64,000 nt of DNA from Halocafeteria seosinensis (lineage: Eukaryota), in contig LVLI01000146.1 of the NCBI GenBank assembly GCA_001687465.1, forward strand, positions 1 through 64,000. Direction: 5' to 3'. Position numbers and translations under genes: made by a program. Below are positions 1 through 13,042 of this stretch, piece by piece (position 1 is the first letter of the stretch; every line of letters begins with the position of its first letter). Below the pieces are notes generated by a model. It saw nothing but the letters and a program-made list of their open reading frames with translations. It did no database searches and was not told where the DNA came from.

Positions 1-6
1 GCCTGG

Positions 7-609
7 TTGAACGCACATAATCTCATTACATTACTCGCATACGGATGTAATAATGACGTCAAGTTTATTACAGACGGATCCTCCGCCCTCGCTCATTATA
101 TGTATGCATATGGCTTCAAGAGTCAACAAACTGGAGAATGCAATAAACGCCTCCTCCAACAATCGCTCAAAACCAGAAAGTCGCACGAAGACTACGAAAA
201 TCAGAATCAAACTTTATCGTTGGAACAAGAACAAGCCCGGCAAATACGCCAAGGACGACAACGCGTGTTGGCACTCTTGATGGCTTCCACATCCAAATTG
301 ACAACAGGTCTACAACTGTGTGCTTGGTACGTCCTCCGCAAGACTTCAACCGTGACCTCTCATGCCTTCGCAATTATACACATGCCGCATCTTCTTGCCT
401 TCTTATCGGGCAACGATCTTTCGTTTCAAGTGGCTCCCTATCAGCAACGAGGCTTGTTACAAACTCAAGTGCCTTACATTTATGATTACGTTTATCGCGG
501 AGACGCTCTACAAACCTTCCCGTACTATCTCGTTTCTTCTCTTTACACACCACTGGGTTACCTTCCTCACGGTCATGCCTCGTCTCATTATTGTTGCCTA
601 AAGCACTAG
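7..609 (+). mobile_element. Helitron/Helentron Rep (HUH rolling-circle initiator) fragment, 5' end likely outside the window
   Basis: Motifs NAHN..LLAYGCNNDVKFI...YMYAYGFK, QLCAWYVL.....TSHAF and DYVYRGDAL....Y resemble the end of the Helitron2/Helentron Rep domain and the region after it. The frame ends inside a rearranged segment. Confidence 0.65.
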
Positions 610-1982
610 TAGCACTGCACGAAAAAAAAAGAAACCATAAAGGATCTTGTGGGAGGTGAGACGATGCATGACCGTGAGGAAGGTAACCTCGAATGCCTCA
701 AGAAGACTGGAACGAACACCTAAAACATTGGTACAGGGGGATTACAACGATACTGTATAATCAATCCACAGGAACATGAGGCGCGGGCACCAACACACCT
801 AGGTATCTCAGCGAGCACCAGAGAAGGTCAGCACGACGACAAAAGCCACCAGGTACCAACCCAGCGGAAAAAAGAGGACAGTGTCCGGGGGATTGCATAA
901 TAATTCAGCACAAAGGTATCCATAACCTCGTCAGGGCATAGCGAGATGGCATCAAGAAGCTATTCAGGGCATGGCATCGAATGCCTCAAGAAGACTGGAA
1001 CGAACACCTAAAACATTGGTACAACACCCCCGATGAACATCTTGAACATCGATGTCCCATCTTATATTGCTGGATTTCGATGCGCGTTATCATATTAGAC
1101 AATTTGGCTGTACATCTGGGCGTTGCAAACGGAACCCTCGGTGAGATAGTTGGTTTTGCATGGAATTCCACCACTCCGTTTCAAGACGCTCAACAAGTAC
1201 TCCTGGACCCATACAACCCTGGCACATCTCCACTTGTTACGGTTCCGACCAAGCCACCACTTGCTATCCTTGTGCGTCTGTTGAACACAGCCTGTCAACA
1301 GCGTCGGGCCACCGTCCACTGTGACGACCTCCCAGATGACGTCGTTCCAATCATGCCCACTACAATCCACGTTAAAAAACAGTTCAAAGCAGGGCCCATC
1401 CTTCATGCAAAAATGACCCAATTCCCCATGATGTGTTCCGATGCTCTCACCATGCACAAACTGCAAGGTCACACGATCAACTGCACTCTCCTCATCAACT
1501 CCCTTTCAGGACTCCGTCACGCTGAAGCTTACACCGCACTCTCCCGCGCAAGAAACATAAACCAAGTCCACTTTTTGCAACCTTTACAAGACCGCACATG
1601 GGAAACCTGGACGACCAACACACCCCATCAATTCGAACGCACTATCGCTAAAATACGCGCCTCTGGAACCGCACTCATGGAATACTTCCGTGCCCACCCA
1701 CTACAAGAGCACACACATGGAGCCCAGTCATCCCTTTAAGAAGACGCACACCTTCATTCACACCTTCATTCACCCGTACATACGGGACACAAACCGACCT
1801 CAATAGCACGACGATATGGGCTCAGTAGGAAGAGCAACCCGTGAGTGATAGAAGCGAGCGAGGACAACAGCAGGACCAGATCCACGGTCATGTCTCATCG
1901 GCTTAAATTCACCTCGTACACCACTGGGTTACCTTCCTCACGGTCATGCCTCGTCTCACCTCCCACAAGATCCTTTATGGTT
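556..1982. repeat. Dispersed inverted and direct duplications
   Basis: 633-688 is the reverse complement of 1927-1982 (1 mismatch) and partly of 556-587. 689-735 is identical to 977-1023. Confidence 0.9.
981..1739 (+). mobile_element. Pif1-family helicase C-terminal fragment (Helitron RepHel-like)
   Basis: MRVIILDNLAVHLGVANGTLGEI, QFPM...ALTMHKLQGHT and EAYTALSRAR match the Pif1 C-terminal motifs. The Walker A/B half is absent. Confidence 0.8.
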
Positions 1983-2104
1983 CAAGTTGAACCGTTCAAC
2001 CTTTATGTTACAAACCGACCTCAATAGCACGACGATATGGGCTCAGTAGGAAGAGCAACCCGTGAGTGATAGAAGCGAGCGAGGACAACAGCAGGACCAG
2101 ATCC
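1789..2104 (+). repeat. 95-bp direct repeat (1789-1883 and 2010-2104)
   Basis: The block acaaaccgacctcaatagcacgacg...gcaggaccagatcc is present twice. Confidence 0.95.
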
Positions 2105-3435
2105 CCGAGTAAGGCGTACAACGGAGCTAGAGGATACTGTACACTTGACACAATATGATCCACCAGATAGAATCTGTCTAATGTATCACACCCATTGGAA
2201 AGGGGAAGGTAGAACATCACTGTGTACTGTATCGAACTGAAGATACGGAAGTGGCGCTTCAGTATCACAGTTTTTGCTTTTAACCACGTCATTTGCGTAT
2301 CGCAGCAACCATTGTAACCCAGACTTCACATACGGGACACACAAAGACGTACAAGTCTTACCTTGGACCACCGACCACAACTTTCACATCTCCACCCCTC
2401 CCCATCCAATGGTTCACGGTTCATCGGGACCACCTCCGCGGCCACCGCGGAGGCACCGTCATTTCCCGATGAAACCAACAGGTTGAAGAGGGTCCTACCA
2501 GGAATTCGTGGTGGTGGTGGTCAAAAAAAAAAAGATTGTCCGGTTACCCAACAAACTACAAAAAACATGGCAAGAGGAACACGAAGGGGGCAAGGGGAGG
2601 CCCGGCAAAATAAGGNTGTCAACAAACAAACAACAAAAAACATAGCATGGGAAGAAGCAAGGGGAGGAGGGCAGTTGAGTTTTGGTGGCACTTAGGCAAA
2701 AAAAGCAAACCAGGAGAAAGGAAGTCGTCAGCTTACGGATGCCAAAGTTGGAAACAGGACATGGAAGTGGAAATGAATATATGTTACATTTGTCTGTTGT
2801 ACGAACACAGCCCCACTGGGTGAGGAGACTCCTGGATTGTATGAGTGAACATGGTACGTACCCACCCAAACGGTGGATTTGAGGGAGCGCGAAGCGCTCA
2901 CGAAAAGACACCGGAGCTGAGCTGGACCGGATGTGTGTGGTGTAGTAACACATTGTCCACAAGAATCGTTCAGGTACTTCCACAGATCCCACTGCAACGT
3001 GTCTGTAGTCCCGTAGCCACGTAGCGTCACTGATCACACAGCACGTCTTACTCCGGGAGAGTTCACATCAAGCCCACTTCCCAAACAAATTTGCTAGAAC
3101 TCTTCATCGGGACCCCCTTCACGCGCCCCCGCGGGAAGGTACGTCATTGAATTCCTCGCCCACAAGAAGCGACGGAAAGATTGTCGCCTCTGTTTGTTTG
3201 AAAGAGATGAGGTGTCTGTCCTTCTATACACAACACAGTGGCATGGTGTCTGACTTGGTTAGTCGAGTCTTAAGAAGCAATACGCTACACTTTTTTTCTT
3301 CTATTGGCTGTTGGTAGCGTTAAGTTGGATCTCCCTGGGGTCGAAAGTCAAAAGAATCCAAAAAGAGAAAGAAAAGATTGCACTCTTCTTCTTCTTTTGT
3401 GTTCATTTCCCCTCGATATATACGCTAATTCCACG

Positions 3436-6400
3436 ATGAGTTCAGCCGCAGCGGCAGCAGGAGGTACTTCTTCTTCGTCTTCGGCAGCTGTCTCCGCCAA
3501 TGGATCGGCTGCAGGGGCGTCGAAGAGCACTCAAATGAAGACAACAACAACAGGAGGCTCGACGTCAGACCAGCAAGGATCTGAAGAGATTGCAGGAATT
3601 AATGATTACCAGTACGTCGTGAGTGCTCAAAAGCCCACGGCAGTGGGCCACAGTGCAGTTGGAAATTTCGTGTCTCCGGATAGTTTGGACCTCGTCATTG
3701 TGAAATCGTCGAGATTGGAAGTGCATAATGTGGCTGAAAAAGGCCTTCAGCCTGTATTTGACGTCGGATTGTATGGACGTGTATCCACGATGGATCTTAT
3801 CCGGCCAAAGGTATGTACGGTTTTACACATAATACACGATCTGTTTGTGTGATCTGCAGTCTTGGACGAAGTTGGTACAGGGCTTCGAAAAGGATTTGAT
3901 TCTACTGCTGACAGAGCGACATCAATTCTGTGTTCTCTCGTATGATGCGGAAGCGAAAGAGATCATAACAGAAGCTAAAGGAGATGTGCGCGTACGTATA
4001 TAGGGAGGAAGGACTGCTGACTGCATTAGTGCTCACTTCGTTGTTGGCATAGCAGGACCGCATTGGGCGCCCGGCCACTCGTGGACCCATGGTGGTTACA
4101 GATCCTCAATGCCAAATGATCGCCATGCACATATACGAGGGACAGCTAAAGGTATGTGCAAACAGAAGCCTTCGTTCCTGTGCTGTATCTTTCATGCACT
4201 AGCGGGCGCATTCGCGTGCACAGGTCATACCTATAGCCAAGGGGTTTCAGGAACAAGCTTTCAATGTTCGGTTAGAGGAACAATTCGTGATTGATGTGGT
4301 TTTCTTACACGGGTATAAACAGCCAACAATCGCTGTACTATATGAAGACACACGGGAATGTCGGCATATTCGTACGTATGCAATATCGACCGAGCCCAAG
4401 TCGTTGAAACCGGGCCCCTGGAGGCAACCCAACGTTGGCCAGCACTCGGAATTTTTACTTCCTATCCCCGGGCCCTCTGGAGTATGTAATGGAGTTCTTT
4501 AGCTTATCACTCTTACCCATTGGATGTTAAGTGCTCGTTTGTACTGCAGGGAGTCCTGATTGTGGGGCATGGCCGAGTCACATACCACAATGGTGATACA
4601 TCGAAGACCATTGAAGTACCGCTTGGCACTCCTCGGGCTTTTGCAAAGATCGATGACGATGGAAAGCGGTGGCTGATTGCGGACTATCTGGGCTCTCTGT
4701 ACATTGTGGGCTTGAACTTTGAGCCAACGCCCGCTTCTGCCTCTGCTTCTGCTTCCGCAGCTAGCTCCACCCGGAAGCCGATCAGTGGATTGACTCTTGA
4801 GAGACTTGGTGAAACAACGATTGCTTCCACGTTAAGCTATCTTGATAAAGGTTTTGTGTTTGTGGGAAGCAGTCTCGGTGATAGTCAGCTAGTGCGGCTA
4901 TTGCGGGAAGTTGACCCAAATACGAATGCATTTCTGGATATTGTGGAGTCGTATACGAGCTTGGCTCCAATTGTTGACTTTGCTGTAATGGACTTAGATA
5001 GACAAGGGGAGGGGCAAATTGTAACATGCAGTGGGGCGTTTAAAGGTGGTAGCCTTCGTGTTGTGCGCAACGGTATTGGTATAGAAGAGCAGGCTTCGGT
5101 GGAGTTACCCGGTGTGAAAGGCGTATGGAACCTCCGTTCAACCTTTAATGCGCGGTTTGATAAATATCTCGTTCACTCCTTCTCGTCGGAGACCCGTGTA
5201 TTTGCTATCGAAGATGAAAATATGGGCGAAACGGAAATTCCTGGATTCGACAGTGACACGCCTACCCTTTACGCCGCAAATGTCATTCACGACGGTATGG
5301 TTCAAGTGACACGGGAAAAGGTAAAGCTCGTTGACTGTAAAACTCTGAAGTGTGTAGATACTTGGGAGACTAGTTCTGATGTCAGGATAACTGTGGCTGC
5401 TGCTTCAGCCGAACAGGTCCTAGTTTCGCTTACAGGGGGAGAACTGTGCTACCTTGAGATCAAGGAAAGTAACGGTGCTCTATGCATAACAGAAACGCAA
5501 AGAGTGAAAATGGCCCATGAAATTTCTAGTTTATCCATTAATCCCATTATATCGGATAAAGTTCGTGACGAAGCGAATGTAGTGAATATGACAGACAATG
5601 AAGATGTTCAAATGCAACAAGACTCCGAGGACGAAGCTGGCAAGCGTGCGTGTCGGGCAGTGATGGCGGCAGTTGGTCTTTGGGAGGATGTGACCGTTCG
5701 TTTACTGTCCTTGCCGTCATTGACAGAACTGGAAACCGTATCCTTAGGAGGAAATATCCAAACGCGGAGCGTTGTCCTAGTAACCCTTGAGCAAACTGAT
5801 TACCTAGTCGCTGCTCTGGCCGATGGCCATGTGATTTCTTACCAATTGGGTCTTGACACCGGGTCACGTTCCTCAGGTGGTAATTTAGACCTTGTTACTG
5901 GCGTTTCAGTGGGACAGAGGAAAAAGGTGTCGTTGGGCACTCAGCCTGTCCAATTGTCGTTGTTTTCTACCAGTGGGCTTGGTGTTGAGCACGCACACAT
6001 TTTTGCGGCGTGTGATCGGCCTACGGTAATTTACAGTTCCGGAAAGAAACTTCTCTATACCAATGTCAATGTCAACTATGTGAGCTTTATGTGTCCTTTT
6101 GATTCGGAGTCCTTCCCGGACTGCCTTGTCTTGGTGACAGGTGGTGACCTTATGATCGGAACAGTAGATGATATACAAAAGTTACACATCCGGACACTCC
6201 CGTTGAATGAACAACCTCGGAGGATATGCTACTCAAAGGAGCTACGATCGCTTGCTGTGGCCACTCTTGCTATTGAAGAAAGGGGTGATACTTCGATTGT
6301 TACTTCGTATGTGCGATTGTTTGATGACACAACGTTTGACTTAGTTGACAGCTTTGAGCTGCGAAATTATGAACAAGCACAGTCTATTGCCACTGGTATT

Positions 6401-7612
6401 CTAAGGGATTCGTCGGAGAGTTTGGATTCTCACGAAGCGTCCAACTACATCTTTGTTGGAACATCGTTCGTTCTTAATGGGGAAGAAGAGCCTTCTAGTG
6501 GGCGTATTTTAATTTTCAATGTTACGGGAGAGGGAGAAAGTCGGCGACTGAATCTTATTTGGGAGCAAATCGAAAATGGAGGCGTTATGTCTTTATTGCC
6601 CTTCAATGGAAAGTTGGTGGCGTCTGTGAACAACTGCGTCGCTGTGTACAAATGGGAGGAAGCGACCAATCCTCAAGGGACACTGTCAGCTTCCGCTTCC
6701 GCTGCCGCTTCCGCTGTTGCAACAGCCGAAACTGCAGATACGGAAACCTCTGAATGTTCGCTTACGCGCGAGGCTTCTTTCAAAGGTGCCATCTTCGTGC
6801 TGTATCTCTCGTCTGTGGGAGATTACATCCTCGTAGGCGATATAATGAGAAGCGTGACGGTTTTGCAGTACAGAGAGGACCTTGGTGTTTTATCAGAAGT
6901 CTCTAGGGATCCCGCCACTCTTTGGACCACCTCCGTTACAATGCTTGATGGTGAGACAGCGCTGGCGGCTGATGCTGGAATGCATTTACTCACAATGAAA
7001 AGGAACACTTGGACAACTGTCCCGGAAAAGCGGTATCACCTAAATGTGATTGGGCAATTCCATGTAGGTGACCTTATCAATCGGATCAAGGGTGGATCGC
7101 TAGCAATGATACCTCAGTACGACTCAACTAGCCAAGACCAGGATGACACTGCCATGGCTAATGAAGGATCGGCAACCACTAAACTGGCTCACGGCCCAGT
7201 CCCTCATCTCATATACGGGACTGTTAGCGGGGCTATTGGGGTTATCATCCGTTTACCCAAGACTCTATATGAGTATCTGATATGTGTTCAAGAAGCAATG
7301 CGAAAAGTTATCAACGGGGTAGGTGCGTTGAAACACGAGGAATGGAGGTCTTATTATACCAGTGAAACCTATGTTGAAGGAGTATTTGAAGCTGAGACTT
7401 CCGGCTATATCGACGGGGATTTAATAGAACTATTCCTCGATCTTGACACCGCTACACAGAAGGATATTGTAGACATCATCAATCGTAGCCCACCTCCGAC
7501 GAAGGTTACAGCGGAGGGGGATGCTCGAAAACACCCAGACGGCAAGGCAAGTGGACCAGCAACTCTTGAAGAGCTCCAAGCTACTATTGAGGAGTTGAAT
7601 AGGCTTCATTAA
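3436..7612 (+). CDS. DDB1: DNA damage-binding protein 1 (CUL4 adaptor), multi-exon
   Basis: YVVSAQKPTAV, LGETTIASTLSYLD..VFVGSSLGDSQL, GQIVTCSGAFKGGSLRVVRNGIGI, IQKLHIRT, GYIDGDLIE and C-terminal EELNRLH. Introns at about 3811-3880, 3992-4055, 4152-4223 and 4482-4549. Confidence 0.97.
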
Positions 7613-7693
7613 AAATATGAATGCGACATAGTACCATTACGCATCTACATCATGCGCTTGTTTCGATTTGCGTATTTATTTTGTTCGGACCTT

Positions 7694-9925
7694 CTAACCA
7701 GCTTTTTTATGCATAACGAACTGTTTGCGACGAGGAGAGGATGCCTGTTTAGCTCTATCCACGAGTATAGGCGAAAAAATTGAACTCTTCGAAAGCGTAT
7801 CATAGTCCCTCGAGGCCGCTGGTTCCTGATACATTCTGAATGAATTACTTTTACGAACCGTGCCGCTAGCTGTTGGTCGTGAATTTCCTAAAAGTTCTCC
7901 TGAGTACGTTCGCCCCCTTGGAGTGCTGCTACTGCGATGGTGACTCAGCTTCTGGCGAAGCTTCGTTTGAGCATTTTCCGCTACTTTACGGAGTGCTTCA
8001 TTCCGCTCTAAAGTATCATCTCCATCGTCTGGCTCAGTATTGATTACAGGCTTCATTTCGGAGTCACGGTATTTTCCTATGGTTGAGCGGCTCCGGGGCG
8101 GTGGTGGTGGCGGAGGATTCCTTTGAGTCCGGTATTGTGGCCCTGAGGTTTCTACTTCACGTCTGGAACTACTCGACGGAACATTTGTAAACTGAGAACG
8201 GTCCTGTTCCTCTTGAGCTTTTCGTTCTAGTCTCTTTCGGGTTGCTGAACTCACAGGTTTGACCCAGTTTTCCTCCGTACCCTTGAGTAATTGGGAGGTA
8301 TAGGTATGGGAATTGTACGTGTGATGACTGTCTTCAGTCATCTTTTTTTCTGACTTCCTAGCCACTTGGTCAGGTGTCACAAAAGGAAACGCGATGACTC
8401 TTTTATATAGCCGAGGGGGGAGAGACGGGAGAATTTCCATAGCACCATTTATCAGCGCACTTGCATTCAACCGGCAGCTTTGAGCATTCAAAAGAGATAC
8501 GGCATTTCGATTACTCGCCAGAATCTCATCACGTTTTAGGATCGCCTCAGCAGCACACAATAACACAACCAAGTGAATACCGAATGAAAACAGCGCATCC
8601 CATACTTGCAGCACTTGAGTTGCCGGCTCGCAGCACGCATATAAGCTAAGTATCCGAGAAAAGGCAAACACTTGTCGGGTGTAATTAGAGTTTTGTCCGA
8701 TGAGATGATTCCTCAGTTCCGGGTCCACAACGTTTAAGCATTCGTCCACAAGGTCGCATCCATCAGTCACTCCAAGGACGCCCCCTTCAAACCAGCGCGG
8801 AATGTGCTGTGTCAGCAAATTACAAAAGCATGAAAACGCAGGAACCTCAGGTAGCACCATTAGCAACGGTGCGGCTAGACGGTTCATTCCTTGCACGTAA
8901 CCTGTGTTTACAATCGGAGCTACTTCGCCGCAACTCTTCGAAATGGCACGGCACCAATGAGAAAAGCTGTTCAGCAGACGGACCATCTTAGGTTTCTTGA
9001 CAAGCGACTGGAATGCTTCGTCAGAAGTAAATGTTCGCAACGTGTCTTGTTCAATAAAATGAGCCCGTTGTGCGGGGCCTTGCTCGACGAGTTCAAAATA
9101 AAGTTGGGGATCCACAGTTTCTACGTCCAACAGGAGTAACCAAACGCGACCTCTCAGTGTTAGTTGGCGTTTCCTATATATTCCTGCTCAAACGTGCACA
9201 GAAAATGTTATATTACCAGTAAGTACGCTTCGACATGAGGACGCACGTACCATCATTGGTGCTCGATACGCTTTCATTTGGTATTCCTTCTGTGATGGCC
9301 AGTCGACGCAGCCTAAACTTCAATTCATCTGTACTACAATCAAGACAAATTACGCCTCTTTTGATGACAAAGAGTGTACAATCGTCTTCGGTACATACCG
9401 AAGGAAAGAGATCTGTCGTGGAATAAAGCTTCGTAACGACTTCGTAATTTCTGCACACCACAGCCCCGCAATCAACACGTGAATTCCAGTCGCCCAATTC
9501 AAGCAGTTCGGGGTTTTCTTTTAGCACTCAGAATCGAGTGATTGTTGCCAGTTATGGCTGATACTTACGGAAATATCACGACTTGTCATCGTAAATCCCA
9601 TCATGGAGGAGAGCGGTGGGCTCCCTGCGTGGCTGTTCGTGCGCTCTCCTTGCACAGGCGAAGCAGCAGCTTCTTGGGATGAGTTTCTAGAGTGTTCTGT
9701 GGACCTCCTCTGTGGATATCGTCCGGGAATGGTCCCCATACGGACGCCTCGGACGCCAGAATCCCCCATCGGCTGCTTCCGGCCATGGTTTTGGGAAGCT
9801 CCACTCGGTGCTTTGGAGCGATGTAAATGGCCTGCCGGTACGGTTCCAGCTGTGCGTGCCTCTGATCCCCCTATTCCAGCCACTGGAGGGATGGAGCTAC
9901 GCTTATTGGGTCGATTAGAGCGCAT
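7694..9925 (-). CDS. BUB2: TBC-domain GAP, BUB2/Cdc16-like, with disordered N- and C-terminal extensions; multi-exon, start uncertain
   Basis: LRRLAITEGIP, IEQDTLRTF, GYVQGMNRLAAPLL and AFSRILSLYACCEPATQVLQVWDALFSFGIHL follow the Bub2/Cdc16 pattern. Confidence 0.75.
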
Positions 9926-10475
9926 AATACTCCCAAAACTCGCTCGCGGATACCAAGACAACTAGCCCAAACCAGCCGTTATCTCCATCAGTTGTGCGCT
10001 GGTTGCAATAATTTCAACGGCTTCTATTCAAGTACACGCACGGCTACTGAATAAAGCAACCTCTTCCATACAAGCTAATGCTCGGTATGCATCAAAAAGT
10101 GCCTCAAAATGACCGAGTTCTTATCCCCAAGAAAAGATTGTTTTGTTGCTTTTAGGACGAAACCTGGAAGTGCGGCACACTGGACCTGGCCGCCAGAAGT
10201 GCATGGTGTGTATATTAGTGTTGCTCGTACCAAAACATGCGATGTGGAGCTTTATTTACCAAAGTTGGTCAAGCATCCTTGCATTGTGGTCACTAGAGCT
10301 ATAGACAGAATGGCCCTCATGAGTTGCAGGCAGTTAGAGTTCATCGCCCCGCAGCAAGTGGATGCGCATTTACGGTTCTTGTACGGTATATCTTCTAGCG
10401 TTATGCCTTGGATTTAGCTCCTTCCGACTCAGCATGCTATGGAAGCCCTACGCGAACAAGTACCACCGGTGAACA

Positions 10476-12712
10476 GTGAACGATGTCTTGGTGATCAGAA
10501 CGTGCAGACATCATGTTGGGAAGTTGGCTGCTGCACTAACCGTGATATGTGTGATATTTATCTGCGTTTGGAGAAGACCCTCTACAACTTATTATCCGGC
10601 TGTGAGTCTTCATCGGGCGAAGAGTAAAGACAACTCGACCAATGGTGTCCAGGTCAGTAGGACTCAAGATCCTTCGTCAGATCCTCCAGGTATCAGGAGA
10701 GAGCGGGCAACACGTGGTTATGCAATTCCTCGTGGGTTTTGGAAATGCCGTTTAAGGATACGATTCTGAGAAACCATTATACACCTTTTTGCATTATACA
10801 ATCTGGACTTCATGGCTCTCACCGTGTAGAAGTGCGATCCCGCAAGGGGCTTGTCCTAGAAGCCGTCGCTATTCCCTTTTACAAAAGTAAGGGTTGTGGA
10901 CTCTTATCTGCAAATTTTAAGAAAGAATCGCAATCCACTATGTGCTTCACTGGCTGTGATAAAAATGGTAAGAAAATGAAAATGGTGGAGCCCAAGTGTA
11001 CTAAACAGAAACGCTTCGCAACGCCAGTGGCGTGTTTGCGCGGAGGTTTCAACTCCATAAACAGGATACAGGGCGTTATTGTACTACCGAGGGAGACTGC
11101 TGCGATAATATCCAACGCAGATTTAAAGTTGAATCAACGAGGAAACGTTCTTTTTACTACGAGCTCTTTACTATTAGGACACAATCAGGAACAGAACAGC
11201 AGCACCCAGCCTTTACTAACGTTTAGGCGATGCTTCTCACATGGAGGGAAAGCATGGTTTGCGTTCGGTTCTGGGTCGAACGCGTCATCGCTGATCAAGT
11301 TCGAGAAAAGCAACGTTGCACTTAACTCTTCCATCTTCATTGGAAGTGGATACAGCGGAGCCATTCTCGAAACGACTTCTTCCCTACTCCAAATCTCTAT
11401 GAGTGAATTCTCCTCGACAGGGGGTATGTCTCATATGAAACTTATAAACAGTTACGCTGTCATCTATCGGACGCATTCAATTTGTAGCTGTAGTGCTTCG
11501 AGGATGAAAATGGCCCTGAGCAACTTTGAGTTCGTCGGACAACTAATGCAGTCACTTCCACCTACTATTTGGATGAGTACCATTGTTAATCGGTGCCAAT
11601 CAGCAATTGTCTCGCTCAGATCGTTGAACCGCGTTCATTTACGAGAGAGTATTGTTGAAAAGACGGAGATTCTGCCCCAAGATAACAAATTAATGCTGTT
11701 TGACGTTCTTGGTATGGCTCCGGAGATCGCAGCGGCTCTTCAGAGGGTCAAAGAGGAAAAACAAGAGAAGCACCAAGTTGATAATACTACTGATATCTTG
11801 CATTTCTATTCTCATTCTCGGTTCTACCCGCACGATCGCACCGTAATTTCAATCAAAGCCTTAGTGGAAACGTACTGCGGGTTCCCTATCATAAGCAAAG
11901 GCAGTTTAGGCTGGCTGGGACGATTTGCATGTAATACCGACAGGAGTATGGCCAAAGTCCTCGAATTTGATGACTGCCCCGTTCCTCCTGAAAACTCTCA
12001 ATTTGAACATGGGACCCAGCACGAAGCATACAAAACAACTGTTGATGGTTTGAACGTAGTGATTCGGTACCCGCGAAGGGGCAATCCACCACCACGGGCA
12101 TACATTGAAACATTCGTGCACCCATCTATTGGATTCTTGATGGATACATGTAGAAGACCGGACGGTAAAACGGGTGAAGTGTATCCAGCTGCTTTCGGTA
12201 CTAAGCCGAAGGATGCTAAGCGTGACCTTAGTTTGGATTCAACTTTTAACATAGCAATGGACATGATTGAAGCATTTGCTTTCCTCCATTATGGCAACCC
12301 TTTCGGCTCTGCACCCCATGGTGACTTTGCAGTTGGACCTTTCCAAGGGGCTGACTTGCCGCCTCGAATAAAGAACGTCGTTGTTTCCTATCCACTGAAC
12401 GGCGCAAAACTCTTTGATTTTGATACTGCAGAACTGAAGTACCAAACCTGGAGATTTCTACCTATGATGAGGCAAGACCTCAGCGGCGTTGGTTTCGTGC
12501 TTTGGAATCTCTGTGGTGTGCATGTTGGACGAAAACAAATGCAACCCGATGTCAACAGTCAGCTCGTGACTCGTTGTTCTCCTTCTCTTCAAGGACTGTG
12601 TGCCGCTGCTCACATTGCTTTGTCCATGGAGCGCCCCAGTGATCTTACTACGGAGAAGTTGTATATGATGGTTCAAGATGCTGTTCCACGAAAGCTTAAA
12701 GATGAAGTTTGA
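10476..12712 (+). CDS. Type II membrane protein with C-terminal atypical protein-kinase-like domain, copy 1 (N-terminus in another frame; possibly disrupted)
   Basis: 657-aa frame clearly paralogous to copies 2 and 3. Kinase-like motifs HPS, FLHYGNPFG..HGDF, IKN, KLFDFD and DLSGVGFVLW. The TM segment (HVGKLAAALTVICVIFICVW) lies in the overlapping frame 10476-10769. Confidence 0.7.
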
Positions 12713-13042
12713 GTTCTGTTGTCGCAAAGGTCGTCAGTCGCTACGCGGCAGCGATCGCTCTAAAGACGGTTGGCTTTCCCATTTTAGCCACCTCAATAGA
12801 ACGTACAATTTATCGCATCCCAAGTTCTCACTGTATTGTTACGAGGTATAGCCGGTACCTGACTCAGGACATCCGAACTTGTGCGCCCGCGACATGAAGG
12901 CCTGTTCATTCGATTTCCCAGAATTGGTTTGCTAGTGCATATAATAGAATTGATATTTTGTTGGTGCATATAATAGATGTCTAAATGTAAACACGGAAAG
13001 ATAAATAGGTTAAGAGTACCAGTAATTGGAGACTGGGTCTCA

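Noticed and set aside
1789..2104. Direct repeats as a CRISPR array or LTR pair
   Set aside because: Only two 95-bp copies, no regular spacers, no TG...CA termini, and the context is eukaryotic and rearranged.
2495..3037. 180-aa and 100-aa minus-strand ORFs
   Set aside because: No recognisable homology; the longer one runs into low-quality sequence containing an N.
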